From Candidatus Altimarinota bacterium (GTDB lineage Bacteria; Patescibacteriota; Gracilibacteria; UBA1369): a stretch of 64,000 nt of DNA. This document shows, piece by piece, positions 10,302 through 19,307 of this stretch. The notes beneath the pieces were generated by a model. The model ran no database searches, was not told the origin of the DNA, and saw nothing but the letters and a program-made list of their open reading frames with translations. Numbering within the stretch: the first letter of the stretch is position 1; every line of letters starts with the position of its first letter. The position numbers and the translations under genes were made by a program. The stretch spans positions 1,088,001 to 1,152,000 of the forward strand of contig OY782391.1 in NCBI GenBank assembly GCA_963677745.1, given 5' to 3'.

Positions 10302-11087
10302 ATGAAATTCACAGACAAAGTCGTGGTTGTCACCGGAGCCGGAACTGATCCGGATCAGGAAGTAATAGGTTTTGGACATCAGATAGCCAATGATTTGTAC
10401 TATCAGGGAGCTACCGTCGCCATCATCGGCACCAGCATTAGCCGGCTGCGCGATGCCACTTTCAGAATAACCGGAAGTCACAATCCCAGTGAAGAATTTT
10501 CCTATCACTCCTGTGACGTCGCCGATGAAGAGCTGGTGGAACAGGTCTTTGATTATATCAGGGAAACTCACGGAGCGGTCTATGGACTGGTCAACAATGC
10601 CGCGGTGAATATTATTAATCCGCTGGCAGAGCTGGAATTATCGGAAATGCGCCGGGTGCTGGACGTCAATCTGCTCGGACCGATGCTTTGCGCCAAACAT
10701 GCCATCAGGCAGATGCTGGAGACGGGCAGAGGCAGTATCGTCAATGTCAGCTCCATCGCTGCCAAGAAAAGAAGTACCTGGGCTGAAATGCCGGCTTATA
10801 ATACCTCTAAAAGAGGCCTGGAAGCTGTCAGTGACAGCATTTCCCGGGATTATGGACTATTGGGGATCAGATCGAATGTGGTGCGGCCCGGCTTTGCCAG
10901 AACACCTTTTACCAGCCTCCATTTTGCCGAAAATCCGGCTCTGGAACATTCCCTGTCCGCCCGCCAGCCGTTGGGTGGACTGGTGACACCTGAACAAATA
11001 GCCGGTGGAGTCCTTTATTTTCTTGATCCGGCCTGCCCGGACAATGGCGAAATCCTGGAAATAAGTAATGGGCACATTGCAGGTTGA
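10302..11087 (+). CDS. short-chain dehydrogenase/reductase (SDR)
   Basis: VVVTGAG...GFG, LVNNAA, IVNVSS, YNTSK (YxxxK), IRSNVVRPG. Confidence 0.9.
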   Translation: MKFTDKVVVVTGAGTDPDQEVIGFGHQIANDLYYQGATVAIIGTSISRLRDATFRITGSHNPSEEFSYHSCDVADEELVEQVFDYIRETHGAVYGLVNNAAVNIINPLAELELSEMRRVLDVNLLGPMLCAKHAIRQMLETGRGSIVNVSSIAAKKRSTWAEMPAYNTSKRGLEAVSDSISRDYGLLGIRSNVVRPGFARTPFTSLHFAENPALEHSLSARQPLGGLVTPEQIAGGVLYFLDPACPDNGEILEISNGHIAG

Positions 11088-11111
11088 CAAAAGGCAAAAT
11101 AAAGTTATAAT
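11084..11111 (+). promoter_or_regulatory. sigma70-like promoter
   Basis: TTGACA-16 nt-TATAAT; implies the downstream ORF starts at ATG 11137. Confidence 0.6.
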
Positions 11112-11136
11112 CATCTCTACAATTAATTTCAATTTT

Positions 11137-11610
11137 ATGAGAATGGTACCAAGAGAAACTGAAGGTGTACTAAATGTTACGCCCTCGGGCGAAGGGTCTG
11201 CTGATGATTTAGCTGGTCAATTGTCCGGTGAACAACAAGATTTCAATCATAGATTGGATGGTGTTTTGACTACTGAAAAAATTCTGGACAGAGGTGAAAT
11301 TGTCGGTCAGTACCCGAAAGCCAAAATTATGATTCGCGTTATTGGTGCTGCTTTGGGATTGGGCGAGCGATACCTGGTTATCTGGCTGGGACATTATTTG
11401 GAGAAACATGGCGATCTGCCGACGGCCCTCAGAAAACTGATCAGGTTGATCTGGCATGATGGTAACGCTACAGCCGCCCAGCTTAAAAGTTTGGTAGGAG
11501 TATTGGTTGATCTTGGTTTGATTGAAGAATGGGAAAAAGAGGTCCTGGACAGGATTCTTACCGGTTTCGAAGACCTGGAAAAGAAACGATTACTCGGCCC
11601 GCAGTTTTAA
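11137..11610 (+). CDS. hypothetical protein
   Basis: ORF downstream of a consensus promoter; no motif recognised. Confidence 0.55.
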   Translation: MRMVPRETEGVLNVTPSGEGSADDLAGQLSGEQQDFNHRLDGVLTTEKILDRGEIVGQYPKAKIMIRVIGAALGLGERYLVIWLGHYLEKHGDLPTALRKLIRLIWHDGNATAAQLKSLVGVLVDLGLIEEWEKEVLDRILTGFEDLEKKRLLGPQF

Positions 11611-11631
11611 GGAAAATTTTAAAAAAACTTT

Positions 11632-12801
11632 ATGTCATTAGAAAATCGATCCGGTGAGGAGCATCTTATTTCCCAACCGCAAAACAGATCATTCATGGTT
11701 GAAATGGCCAAGGCCATTGCTTTGGCCCTGCCTCTGGCCGCCACTGCCTGCGGAGGATCGGTGGAAACTACCGATGAAGATGAGCCTGTAGACGCTGCTC
11801 CGATAGCGGAAACATGCCAGAATATTATTCTCAGACAAGATCCCGATCATCCAATTGCACAAATGCTCCTGCGGGGTGATCACCCTGACGCCATCGGCTG
11901 CTGGCAGATTTCCAATCCCTGTCCCAAACCGCTGCAGGTAAACAGCGCAAAAATATCCAAAAACGGAACGGCCAAACTGGATGCTTTTCAAAATTATAAA
12001 ATTTCCAAAATTTCGGATCAGCCGGTTTTAAACTCCTTATCCCAGACCATTATTTTCCCGACCGGAAACTGGGAAATTCCACCTAAATCCGCTGTGGATT
12101 TCTGCCTGGAGGCCGACGTGTCACCGGTCACGGGATGCGAGATTTCCGCCAAATTCCAGATCAATGCCGCCACCGATCTGAACATCACCTATGACGGCCA
12201 GCCTGTCACTGCGGACAATTATTTAAATGATTTCCCGGTTCTGGGAGGTGAAGACGGCATCAACTGCCTGAATCTATTTGACGCCCAAACCAGTTCCATT
12301 CCGTTACAAACCGAAGCTACGATCGCCAGCATCATTACCTGTCTGTATGTGGACGCTTCCAATGCCGGCAGCAAGGACATCATTCTTAAAAACTTTACGG
12401 CAGCGGTGGAATTTGAGGGGGCGGACGGAGTAAAAGGCGGTTTGTTGGATACCACAGATCCCGCCAATCCGGTGGCCAATGTCGGGCCGATGCAGATTAT
12501 CCACTCTACCAAAGACTCCAGCCTGTGGGTAGGCACTCCGGAGTTTTCCATCGACGGTGACGACCAGCATCTGGAATACAGCCACACTTTTCCCAATATC
12601 CACCTTGCCCCTTTAACCACACACGGAATAGACCTGGTGGTCGACATTCTGGACGTCCAGGAACTGGTCGGCAGCAAAATCCGCTGTGTTTTCAGGGCCA
12701 ACCCGCAAGTCACCGATCCTAGCGGCAAGCCGCTTAATGAGGCGACAGTCGGACCTGATCAGGACATCGTTGGCAACTGGATCACGCTGACCGCTAAATA
12801 A
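11632..12801 (+). CDS. putative lipoprotein, beta-rich and Cys-containing
   Basis: Lipobox-like ATAC after a ~20-aa leader; beta-strand-rich body. Confidence 0.6.
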   Translation: MSLENRSGEEHLISQPQNRSFMVEMAKAIALALPLAATACGGSVETTDEDEPVDAAPIAETCQNIILRQDPDHPIAQMLLRGDHPDAIGCWQISNPCPKPLQVNSAKISKNGTAKLDAFQNYKISKISDQPVLNSLSQTIIFPTGNWEIPPKSAVDFCLEADVSPVTGCEISAKFQINAATDLNITYDGQPVTADNYLNDFPVLGGEDGINCLNLFDAQTSSIPLQTEATIASIITCLYVDASNAGSKDIILKNFTAAVEFEGADGVKGGLLDTTDPANPVANVGPMQIIHSTKDSSLWVGTPEFSIDGDDQHLEYSHTFPNIHLAPLTTHGIDLVVDILDVQELVGSKIRCVFRANPQVTDPSGKPLNEATVGPDQDIVGNWITLTAK

Positions 12802-12810
12802 TCAATAAAC

Positions 12811-13284
12811 ATGTCTGCAGAACATTACGGACAACCGGTAGATCTGCGTGCCCATCACCTGTACAGCCTGCAGCAGCAGTACTCTTTCCCAATATCCACA
12901 AAAGCTTTGAAGGCTATCAAGCTGGCCGTCCTGGGTTATCAGGATCCTGAATTTCCGGAACATTTAATGAATGTCGTCGATGATATTATTAACGGAACAA
13001 CGCAAAAAGTAAGAATTGTTGACCATCATGATGCGATTTGTGAAAAATGCTCGCAAAAAAGGGAGCACCATTGTCGGGTTGCCGGCAGAAATTATTCTTC
13101 TGCTTTTCTGTCTCTGCTGGATCAGGCAATTGCTGAAAATTCCGAATTGGAAATAGGGGCCACTTATACATCGAAAGAGATCGTCGGAAGAATAAAATCT
13201 GTTAGAAAAGGTCTTATCCGCACAGCAATTCAAATACCGGCACTTCTGGAAATTGCACGGTTAATGGAAATTTCCAAGAAATAA
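12811..13284 (+). CDS. DUF1284-like protein
   Basis: LRAHHL...GY...F...DAICEKC...C pattern. Confidence 0.65.
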   Translation: MSAEHYGQPVDLRAHHLYSLQQQYSFPISTKALKAIKLAVLGYQDPEFPEHLMNVVDDIINGTTQKVRIVDHHDAICEKCSQKREHHCRVAGRNYSSAFLSLLDQAIAENSELEIGATYTSKEIVGRIKSVRKGLIRTAIQIPALLEIARLMEISKK

Positions 13285-13397
13285 TATTCGGTAGCCGGGG
13301 CGTGGAGGAAGTTCAAAATATTGTCTGGGAAAAGTCATGTACTTTTATAATTCTGGGAACTAAATTAATATTGTCGGGAATTCTTGTTTAATTGCCT

Positions 13398-13937
13398 ATG
13401 GAAATCCTGGATATATTGGATGAAAACGGTGGTTTGACGGGAGAAAGGAGATACCGCGAGGAAGTGCATCAGAAGGGATTATGGCATCGGGTTGTGCATA
13501 TCTGGATTTTAAATTCCCGAGGCGAGGTCTTGATTCAAAAGAGGGCAGCCCGCAAATTAACCTATCCAAATTTGTGGGTAATGTCGTGTGAAGGACATCT
13601 TTCGGCAGGCGACACTGCAAATCAGGCTGTAATAAAGGAATTGCAGGAAGAGCTGGGCTTACATGTCGAGGCCTCAGAGTTACAGTTTTTAATGGGTTAT
13701 AAGCGGCAATCCGTTACCAATAACGGTACCTATTTTGGCAATCATTTCATTGATGTTTTTCTGGTCCGGCGTGATTTAAATATTGCCGATTTAAAACTTC
13801 AGGAAGATGAGGTTGCTGAAGTAAAGTGGATAAAAATTGATGAAATGGCAGATCGGGTCAGAGCCAAAGACCCGTCTTTCAAAGATTATCCCGGACAATA
13901 TCCGGAGATCTTCGATTTACTAAAACATCACAAATAA
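13398..13937 (+). CDS. NUDIX hydrolase (IDI-like subfamily)
   Basis: HQKGLWHRVVHIW, QKRA, GHLSAGD...KELQEELG Nudix box. Confidence 0.9.
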   Translation: MEILDILDENGGLTGERRYREEVHQKGLWHRVVHIWILNSRGEVLIQKRAARKLTYPNLWVMSCEGHLSAGDTANQAVIKELQEELGLHVEASELQFLMGYKRQSVTNNGTYFGNHFIDVFLVRRDLNIADLKLQEDEVAEVKWIKIDEMADRVRAKDPSFKDYPGQYPEIFDLLKHHK

Positions 13938-13965
13938 GCCAAAAACTTTGGAGCTCCATCGTAGA
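13935..13965 (+). repeat. 31-bp direct repeat, copy 1
   Basis: taagccaaaaactttggagctccatcgtaga; 30/31 identical to 15860-15890. Confidence 0.9.
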
Positions 13966-14054
13966 GGAGGTTCACACTGGTTTAATCGCGGACAGGCACT
14001 TGCAATATGAATAGAGCGTGTTATAATACCGTCTTAAGCCATGGAATTGCGTTT

Positions 14055-15029
14055 ATGGAAAGGGAAAACGATTCATCTGAACAATTGGAATTATTAAATA
14101 AGGAGGCAGAAATTGAAAAGCTGAAAATGGAGGGTTTTCACAGGGCAGCCCTGTATCTTGAAAACCCTGAATTGGTTGACGGACTGACACTAAATGACAT
14201 ACTCGTTTTGAATGACCACCTGAAGCGGGGCCGCCATGACCGGGAAAAATCTATAAACGGTCGCTTGATAAAACCTGAACAGATCCCCTCTATCACTGTT
14301 GCAACCATAAACCGGATCAGGGAAGTCCTTCCCAATCCTGATCAGTCGCTTTCTTTGGAAGATGCTTTTTTAATTGAAGATATCTATCGTCGGTCCTGTT
14401 TCAGTGGACAAGAAAGATTAGTGTACGCCAGTATTGCCTGCGGTCTGTTTCATGCCGCTTATTTTTTTTCGCCATTTCCTGCTGACAGAGAACCATATTT
14501 TGTCTATGCAACGCCGGCCGCGCTCATTCGGGAAGTGCTGTCCAAAGAACAGGAAAATCCCGAAAATTTTGCCTGGGCAGAAACTATCATGAAAAAAATT
14601 ATTAATTACATAAATACCGAATTTGCCCGGGAGTATATCTATTACAGCATCCTTTACCCTAGGAGTGATGCCTGGTATCAGACTAAAAATTTAAATAAGC
14701 AGGAGAAGCAGCGCCTGGCTAAATTTGCAGGAATTAATTTAAAGGGATATAGCGGTGCAATTCATGCTTCCGGAGGTAGACAGGGACGTTATCCCGGTAG
14801 GGCATTCTGTTCAAGCCTGGAACAGGCCCTGGATCCTTTTATCCGGCCGATTATGGGATCACATATGGAAGGTCTTAAGGATTTTCATCTTCTGGCCAGG
14901 ATGAAACAAACTCCCTATGCCGAAAAATTAGCTGAAACGTTCAGAGCTCTGGCCAGGGACAATCCCCCGCATAATACTGATATTTTGCTGCTCAAAGAGC
15001 TGAATCTTGGGGCCCAGGATTTCAAATAA
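14055..15029 (+). CDS. hypothetical protein
   Basis: Long ORF, probable ATG at 14055; no motif recognised. Confidence 0.6.
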   Translation: MERENDSSEQLELLNKEAEIEKLKMEGFHRAALYLENPELVDGLTLNDILVLNDHLKRGRHDREKSINGRLIKPEQIPSITVATINRIREVLPNPDQSLSLEDAFLIEDIYRRSCFSGQERLVYASIACGLFHAAYFFSPFPADREPYFVYATPAALIREVLSKEQENPENFAWAETIMKKIINYINTEFAREYIYYSILYPRSDAWYQTKNLNKQEKQRLAKFAGINLKGYSGAIHASGGRQGRYPGRAFCSSLEQALDPFIRPIMGSHMEGLKDFHLLARMKQTPYAEKLAETFRALARDNPPHNTDILLLKELNLGAQDFK

Positions 15030-15075
15030 TTTGGCATTCTGATATAATTAACTGATAACTAATTATTAACGTCAC

Positions 15076-15843
15076 ATGCTTAACAGTTCAGACCATTATG
15101 GTTCTGCAGAAGAGGAAGGAAGAGTATCTCTTCGGGATTTTTTGACCTACGAAAATCCGAAAATTGCGGAGTACCGGGAGTTGATGCGGCAGAACCAACA
15201 AGAAGGGTCTAGGATGGAGGACGGTTTTGCCATGCAATGGTCCGAAATTCTTTATAATCCGGGAAGTAATGATTCACAGGTAAATTATAATCCCTCCCGC
15301 TGGGAAGTGGCCCGCGACTATTTTAAAGAAAAACTATCAGGAGGCGTGCTTATTGACGTAGGAGGAAATACGGGCAATCAGATTGACACAATGCGTGCTT
15401 TCGCCAAAAAATTTGGTGCCCGCACCTATATTGATGTTGATCTGATGAATGGCGGCCCCCCGGATCCCTTTACAGCTGTCAGGGCAAACGAAAGCCAGTA
15501 TTTGGAATTACCACCCGAAGAACGCATTGGCGCAATGGATGAATACCTGGTTACCGCTGATATGCTCGATTTTGTATCCCGCCTGCCGGACAACTCCTGT
15601 AACTTTGCTGAAAATGGCATTGATCAATATATCTTGGGGACTGGCAGAAATGGTACGGAGTACGGCAAAGCCCTTTTCCGGGAGATGATCCGCGCGACCA
15701 GGGTTGGCGGCATTATCTTCGGTATTGAATCCGATATGTGGGGCAATAGTGATCCCAGACTGAAGGACATGACCGAATCATTGGGTTTCAGGAAAGGAGG
15801 ATGGGGAAACCGCCATCAAATCTATGAGAAGATCAAAGAGTGA
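15076..15843 (+). CDS. hypothetical protein, possible SAM-binding Rossmann fold
   Basis: VLIDVGG...YIDVD...ADMLDF...RATRVGG resemble class I methyltransferase motifs. Confidence 0.5.
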   Translation: MLNSSDHYGSAEEEGRVSLRDFLTYENPKIAEYRELMRQNQQEGSRMEDGFAMQWSEILYNPGSNDSQVNYNPSRWEVARDYFKEKLSGGVLIDVGGNTGNQIDTMRAFAKKFGARTYIDVDLMNGGPPDPFTAVRANESQYLELPPEERIGAMDEYLVTADMLDFVSRLPDNSCNFAENGIDQYILGTGRNGTEYGKALFREMIRATRVGGIIFGIESDMWGNSDPRLKDMTESLGFRKGGWGNRHQIYEKIKE

Positions 15844-15859
15844 TTAAAAGAGGCTTAAG

Positions 15860-15890
15860 TAAGCCAAAAACCTTGGAGCTCCATCGTAGA
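15860..15890 (+). repeat. 31-bp direct repeat, copy 2
   Basis: taagccaaaaaccttggagctccatcgtaga. Confidence 0.9.
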
Positions 15891-15917
15891 AAATGTCCAC
15901 ACTGTTTTTCTTTTGTC

Positions 15918-16697
15918 CTATGAATTTAAATAGTCCAGATCTTCCTTGGTTAGCAGGTCCTTTTCCAGTATTTTTGCGTACTCGAATCCAAAATTGAAAA
16001 TTGAACGCTGCGTGTCGGCGATGTTGATGTTTTCGATAATCACTCCTACGGCATCCTGATGTGACATAATTGCCACCTTGTCGTCATAAATATCGATTTC
16101 GTTTTTGAAAGGGAACTTTTCTTTCGGGATCAGGTGAACTTCACGCAGTTCGGCTTTTTCAGTCTTTTTAAATTCCAGAGCGCGCTTATCATAGCCCAAA
16201 ATAGCGTTGACCCAGACTTTGCGTTCCACCTTTTTCCTGATATAGGTGGGGTAATAATCGGCTAAAAGCGTTGTCGCAGCCAGGTCCGCATTTGCCCAGC
16301 CGCAGATAGGGGTCTTGGTGGTTAATGTATCTTCCATGATTTTGATCAATCCTTCCTTTCCTTCAAAAAGGCGCATCTGCGGTACGCTAAAAAATCGTTG
16401 GTGCAGACTCAATAGCTCCGGCAAAGATTTTTCCAGTGATTTGTATTTTGTAAACTGGTCTTCCACTAACATACGCGGATCCAGTGCCTGGAAGTATCTC
16501 TGTCCTTTTTTGTCTATATGACTCACCAGACCTTTCGCTGCGAGAGTTTCCAGAATCACATAAGTTGTCGGCCGTTTGACTCCCGTCTTACGCGAAATTG
16601 TACTGGGAAGGGCTTCTTTTAATTCGAGGAGCGAGAGATAAACTTTCGCCTCCTTTTCACTTAAGCCGTTTTGTTCCAGAATGGTTACCAGATCCAT
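15918..16697 (-). CDS. TrmB-family transcriptional regulator
   Basis: GLSEKEAKVYLSLLE...ISRKTGVKRPTTYVILETLAAKGLV wHTH; FEGKEG; C-terminal IYDDKVAI; ATG at 16697. Confidence 0.9.
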   Translation of the reverse strand: MDLVTILEQNGLSEKEAKVYLSLLELKEALPSTISRKTGVKRPTTYVILETLAAKGLVSHIDKKGQRYFQALDPRMLVEDQFTKYKSLEKSLPELLSLHQRFFSVPQMRLFEGKEGLIKIMEDTLTTKTPICGWANADLAATTLLADYYPTYIRKKVERKVWVNAILGYDKRALEFKKTEKAELREVHLIPKEKFPFKNEIDIYDDKVAIMSHQDAVGVIIENINIADTQRSIFNFGFEYAKILEKDLLTKEDLDYLNS

Positions 16698-16870
16698 ACT
16701 GTCAATAATTATGACAACAACTAATATATTAATTATAAACAAAGAAAACATTGAAAACAAGCCCAAAAAAGACAATTAAGTTGTTTGCAAAGTTGACAGA
16801 CCGTCAAGAAAGTTGACTAACACAATAGAAGTGATATCTTGTACTCTTCAATATATTAAAAAAATGTCAA

Positions 16871-17647
16871 ATGAGTACGCAAAAGATTGCAATACTGGCG
16901 GGAAATCCCAGGGTCGGACTGGATAAAAACGGCGGTCTGTTGATTGACCCTCAGTTGGAGGCTTTTGAGGAAGCCCTGAAAATTGCCGCTGATTGCCGCG
17001 ATCAGATTGCCAAGATAGTTGTACTTTTCGATCACCGGAGGGGCTTTAAAAAGAGATTCGTGGATGAAACACTGGAATTTGCTTCCAAAAAGCAAAAGAA
17101 GAAAGCTTTTGACCACTTGAAGATGTCACATTTATTGCCGGAGATCAGAAATGTTTATGAAGGACTTGCCCAAAAATACGGAGTAGCGCTCGATCAGATC
17201 AATGTTTTGAGTGAAGACATGTGCCGTCTGGAAATCTTTAAACGGATGGAGGGAAATCAGGAGTTGAAAAAATTTGCCACTAATAAACGTGAGCAGGTAT
17301 GCACCGGCGAGAAAAGCTGTTCTGTAGGAGGTAGTTGTGGAAGCTCTGACTGGGAAGAAGATGTGGATGATCAGGAAGTTCCGGAATTACGTCCGGAGCG
17401 GGTCAGCTGTCCCGGTATTGCGGCTGCAGCTATATCCTATCTGGCCAAGGGGCTCAATCAAGACGACAAAATCATCACCTGCTGGCAGTACGATCAGAAC
17501 AGGGTCAACAGCCGGAATGTGATAGTAGGTAGCCAGATAGCCAGGAATTTGCTGGGCGTGGAAAATCCGATTGAGGTTCGATATGTCCGTTGGCCGGTCG
17601 CGGCAGATGGTACTGTTGCAAGCGAAACGATTGTCAAAAATATCTAA
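16871..17647 (+). CDS. hypothetical protein, possible HUP/Rossmann-like enzyme
   Basis: IAILAGN...IVVLFDH...LSEDMCR...SCPGIAA; Cys-rich insert; divergent from the TrmB gene. Confidence 0.55.
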   Translation: MSTQKIAILAGNPRVGLDKNGGLLIDPQLEAFEEALKIAADCRDQIAKIVVLFDHRRGFKKRFVDETLEFASKKQKKKAFDHLKMSHLLPEIRNVYEGLAQKYGVALDQINVLSEDMCRLEIFKRMEGNQELKKFATNKREQVCTGEKSCSVGGSCGSSDWEEDVDDQEVPELRPERVSCPGIAAAAISYLAKGLNQDDKIITCWQYDQNRVNSRNVIVGSQIARNLLGVENPIEVRYVRWPVAADGTVASETIVKNI

Positions 17648-17666
17648 TAATTATCATCAATCTACT

Positions 17667-18800
17667 ATGAGTATCAATAAACTAGAGGAATCAGCAAAAA
17701 ATCCACTCGAACAATTGGTTAATTTCCACTCTCTCAAATTACTGCCGGAAAAATTATCAGAACGTCAGAGGCAATTTGCCCACCTGATTGATCCGCGTTT
17801 CTTTGAGGGAAATCTGAATCCCTCCCGCGAAGGGAAATCAAAAAAAGATTACAGCTATATCACGCCTATTGAGCTCGAAAAAGATTTGTTTTATCTCCAC
17901 CCGCTGATGGATCCCTCCGTACTGGAACAGGGGAATGTGCGGAGGTTTCCCTCGGGTGTGAATGAAAAGTATATCGCGGAAAAATATTTTGAAGACCAAT
18001 GGGTGTCGGAGGGCAACAATCTTCTTTCCCGGAAACTGGAATCTTATATCCTCGCAAATCTGGCTGAACTGGAAAGAAAAGACCGAATCAAACTGGTGGA
18101 TATCGGCCCCTGTGGCGGAGCAATTACCACGCTTTTTGCCTTAAAGGCATTGGAAAAATACGGTCTTCTGGAGAAAGTGGAAGTGTCACTTCTGGATATT
18201 GTTCCAAATGTCCTGGAGGCCACTTTACTGGGAAAATATCATGTTCCCAATGAATTATTGGAGGAGTATGGCCTGGGATATGCCGGAAAGGATGGGGAGA
18301 ATTATAAAAGTTTTCTGTCGGGCGGAGTACTGCACGGGGTGAAGGAATGGTATGAATCGGGTGACAACCCTTTGAGTGAAATGGCTGAAGCTGCCTTGAA
18401 AAAGAGCGGGGAGAATAAAGGAAGTTCAACCGGCAGTCCCGATGTTCACTATTACCGGGGTGATGGGGAAACCTTGCCTCTGGATATCCGGGATTATGAC
18501 ATCGTTTTGTCCGCCTATACCCATCATCACATGAACTTGTACGGCAGAAAATCGCTTTGTTTGCAAATGGAACAGGCGGCTTGCGATGGAGGATTTATTG
18601 GCATAGCAGATTTCTTTGTTCCAAGTTATGAGGACTATCTCGCCTGGTACAAACCGCATTTTGAAAAATACGGGGATGCACCGCCGGTTGAATGTCCATT
18701 GGTGGATGGGCAGACACTGGCATCATGGTTTGAACAGGTAGAAATTTCTGAAATTTCGAATATCGAAAAGAGTTTTGTGTTTGGCGGAGTAAAGAAATAG
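17667..18800 (+). CDS. class I SAM-dependent methyltransferase
   Basis: LVDIGPCGG, SLLDI, GDGETLP, YDIVLSAYTHHH, GGFIGIADF. Confidence 0.8.
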   Translation: MSINKLEESAKNPLEQLVNFHSLKLLPEKLSERQRQFAHLIDPRFFEGNLNPSREGKSKKDYSYITPIELEKDLFYLHPLMDPSVLEQGNVRRFPSGVNEKYIAEKYFEDQWVSEGNNLLSRKLESYILANLAELERKDRIKLVDIGPCGGAITTLFALKALEKYGLLEKVEVSLLDIVPNVLEATLLGKYHVPNELLEEYGLGYAGKDGENYKSFLSGGVLHGVKEWYESGDNPLSEMAEAALKKSGENKGSSTGSPDVHYYRGDGETLPLDIRDYDIVLSAYTHHHMNLYGRKSLCLQMEQAACDGGFIGIADFFVPSYEDYLAWYKPHFEKYGDAPPVECPLVDGQTLASWFEQVEISEISNIEKSFVFGGVKK

Positions 18801-18860
18801 TCTAAATCTAAGCTAAGGGATGTTCACATGAGGTGGGCTAGTTTATAACAAAACCAACAG

Positions 18861-18931
18861 TGGTGGAACCGCGGGGAGTCGAACCCCGATTCAACAATTG
18901 TCAAAACCGTGAATGGACCACTCCCGGTCCC
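18861..18931 (-). ncRNA. non-canonical 71-nt tRNA-like RNA with alanine identity (G3:U70) and encoded CCA
   Basis: GGGACCG-GGAGTGGTCCATTC-ACGGT-TTTGACA-ATTGT-TGAAT-CGGGG-TTCGACT-CCCCG-CGGTTCC-ACCA: fully paired acceptor and T stems, shortened D region. Confidence 0.7.
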
Positions 18932-19067
18932 ACGCGCTATTGGCGATTTATATAATATTTATTGGCCATTAACTAACCATAAATAAAAGTTAAAATATTC
19001 CTGAGATATTTGAAATAAACAGAAAATTTGGTATATTAACTATGTCAAAACTGTGAATGACCTTCCC

Positions 19068-19096
19068 AAAAGAGCCCGCGCATGCGCGGGCTCTTT
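19068..19096. terminator. intrinsic terminator-like hairpin downstream of tRNA-Gly
   Basis: aaagagcccgcg-catg-cgcgggctcttt inverted repeat. Confidence 0.7.
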
Positions 19097-19115
19097 GTTT
19101 GCTGTTATAAAATCT

Positions 19116-19307
19116 TGAAGCGGGTTAGGGGAATAAACTGCGCTGCGCTCGTTTCGCGGACTGCATTCGCTCGCATCTGAAAATAAATTTTCAATGACTC
19201 GCTTCATATGTCTGCACGAACCCACGCCCGCTTCGCGGGATCGGGTTCTCTTCCCCTTGCCCAGGCACAAATAAAAATATCACGCTCAAAAGAGCCCGAT
19301 ATTTTTA
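19116..19307. repeat. tRNA-Gly-derived palindromic element (duplicated tRNA 3' end plus nested hairpins)
   Basis: 19116-19134 is 18/19 identical to 19308-19326; an inverted partial copy gggttctcttcccct lies near 19243; internal hairpins cccgcttcgcggg and ataaaaatatc...gatatttttat. Confidence 0.7.

Noticed and set aside
18780-18931. Two-piece (circularly permuted) tmRNA
   Set aside because: The 5' acceptor strand lies upstream of the T arm within 71 nt, and no second acceptor strand or tag reading frame follows the CCA.
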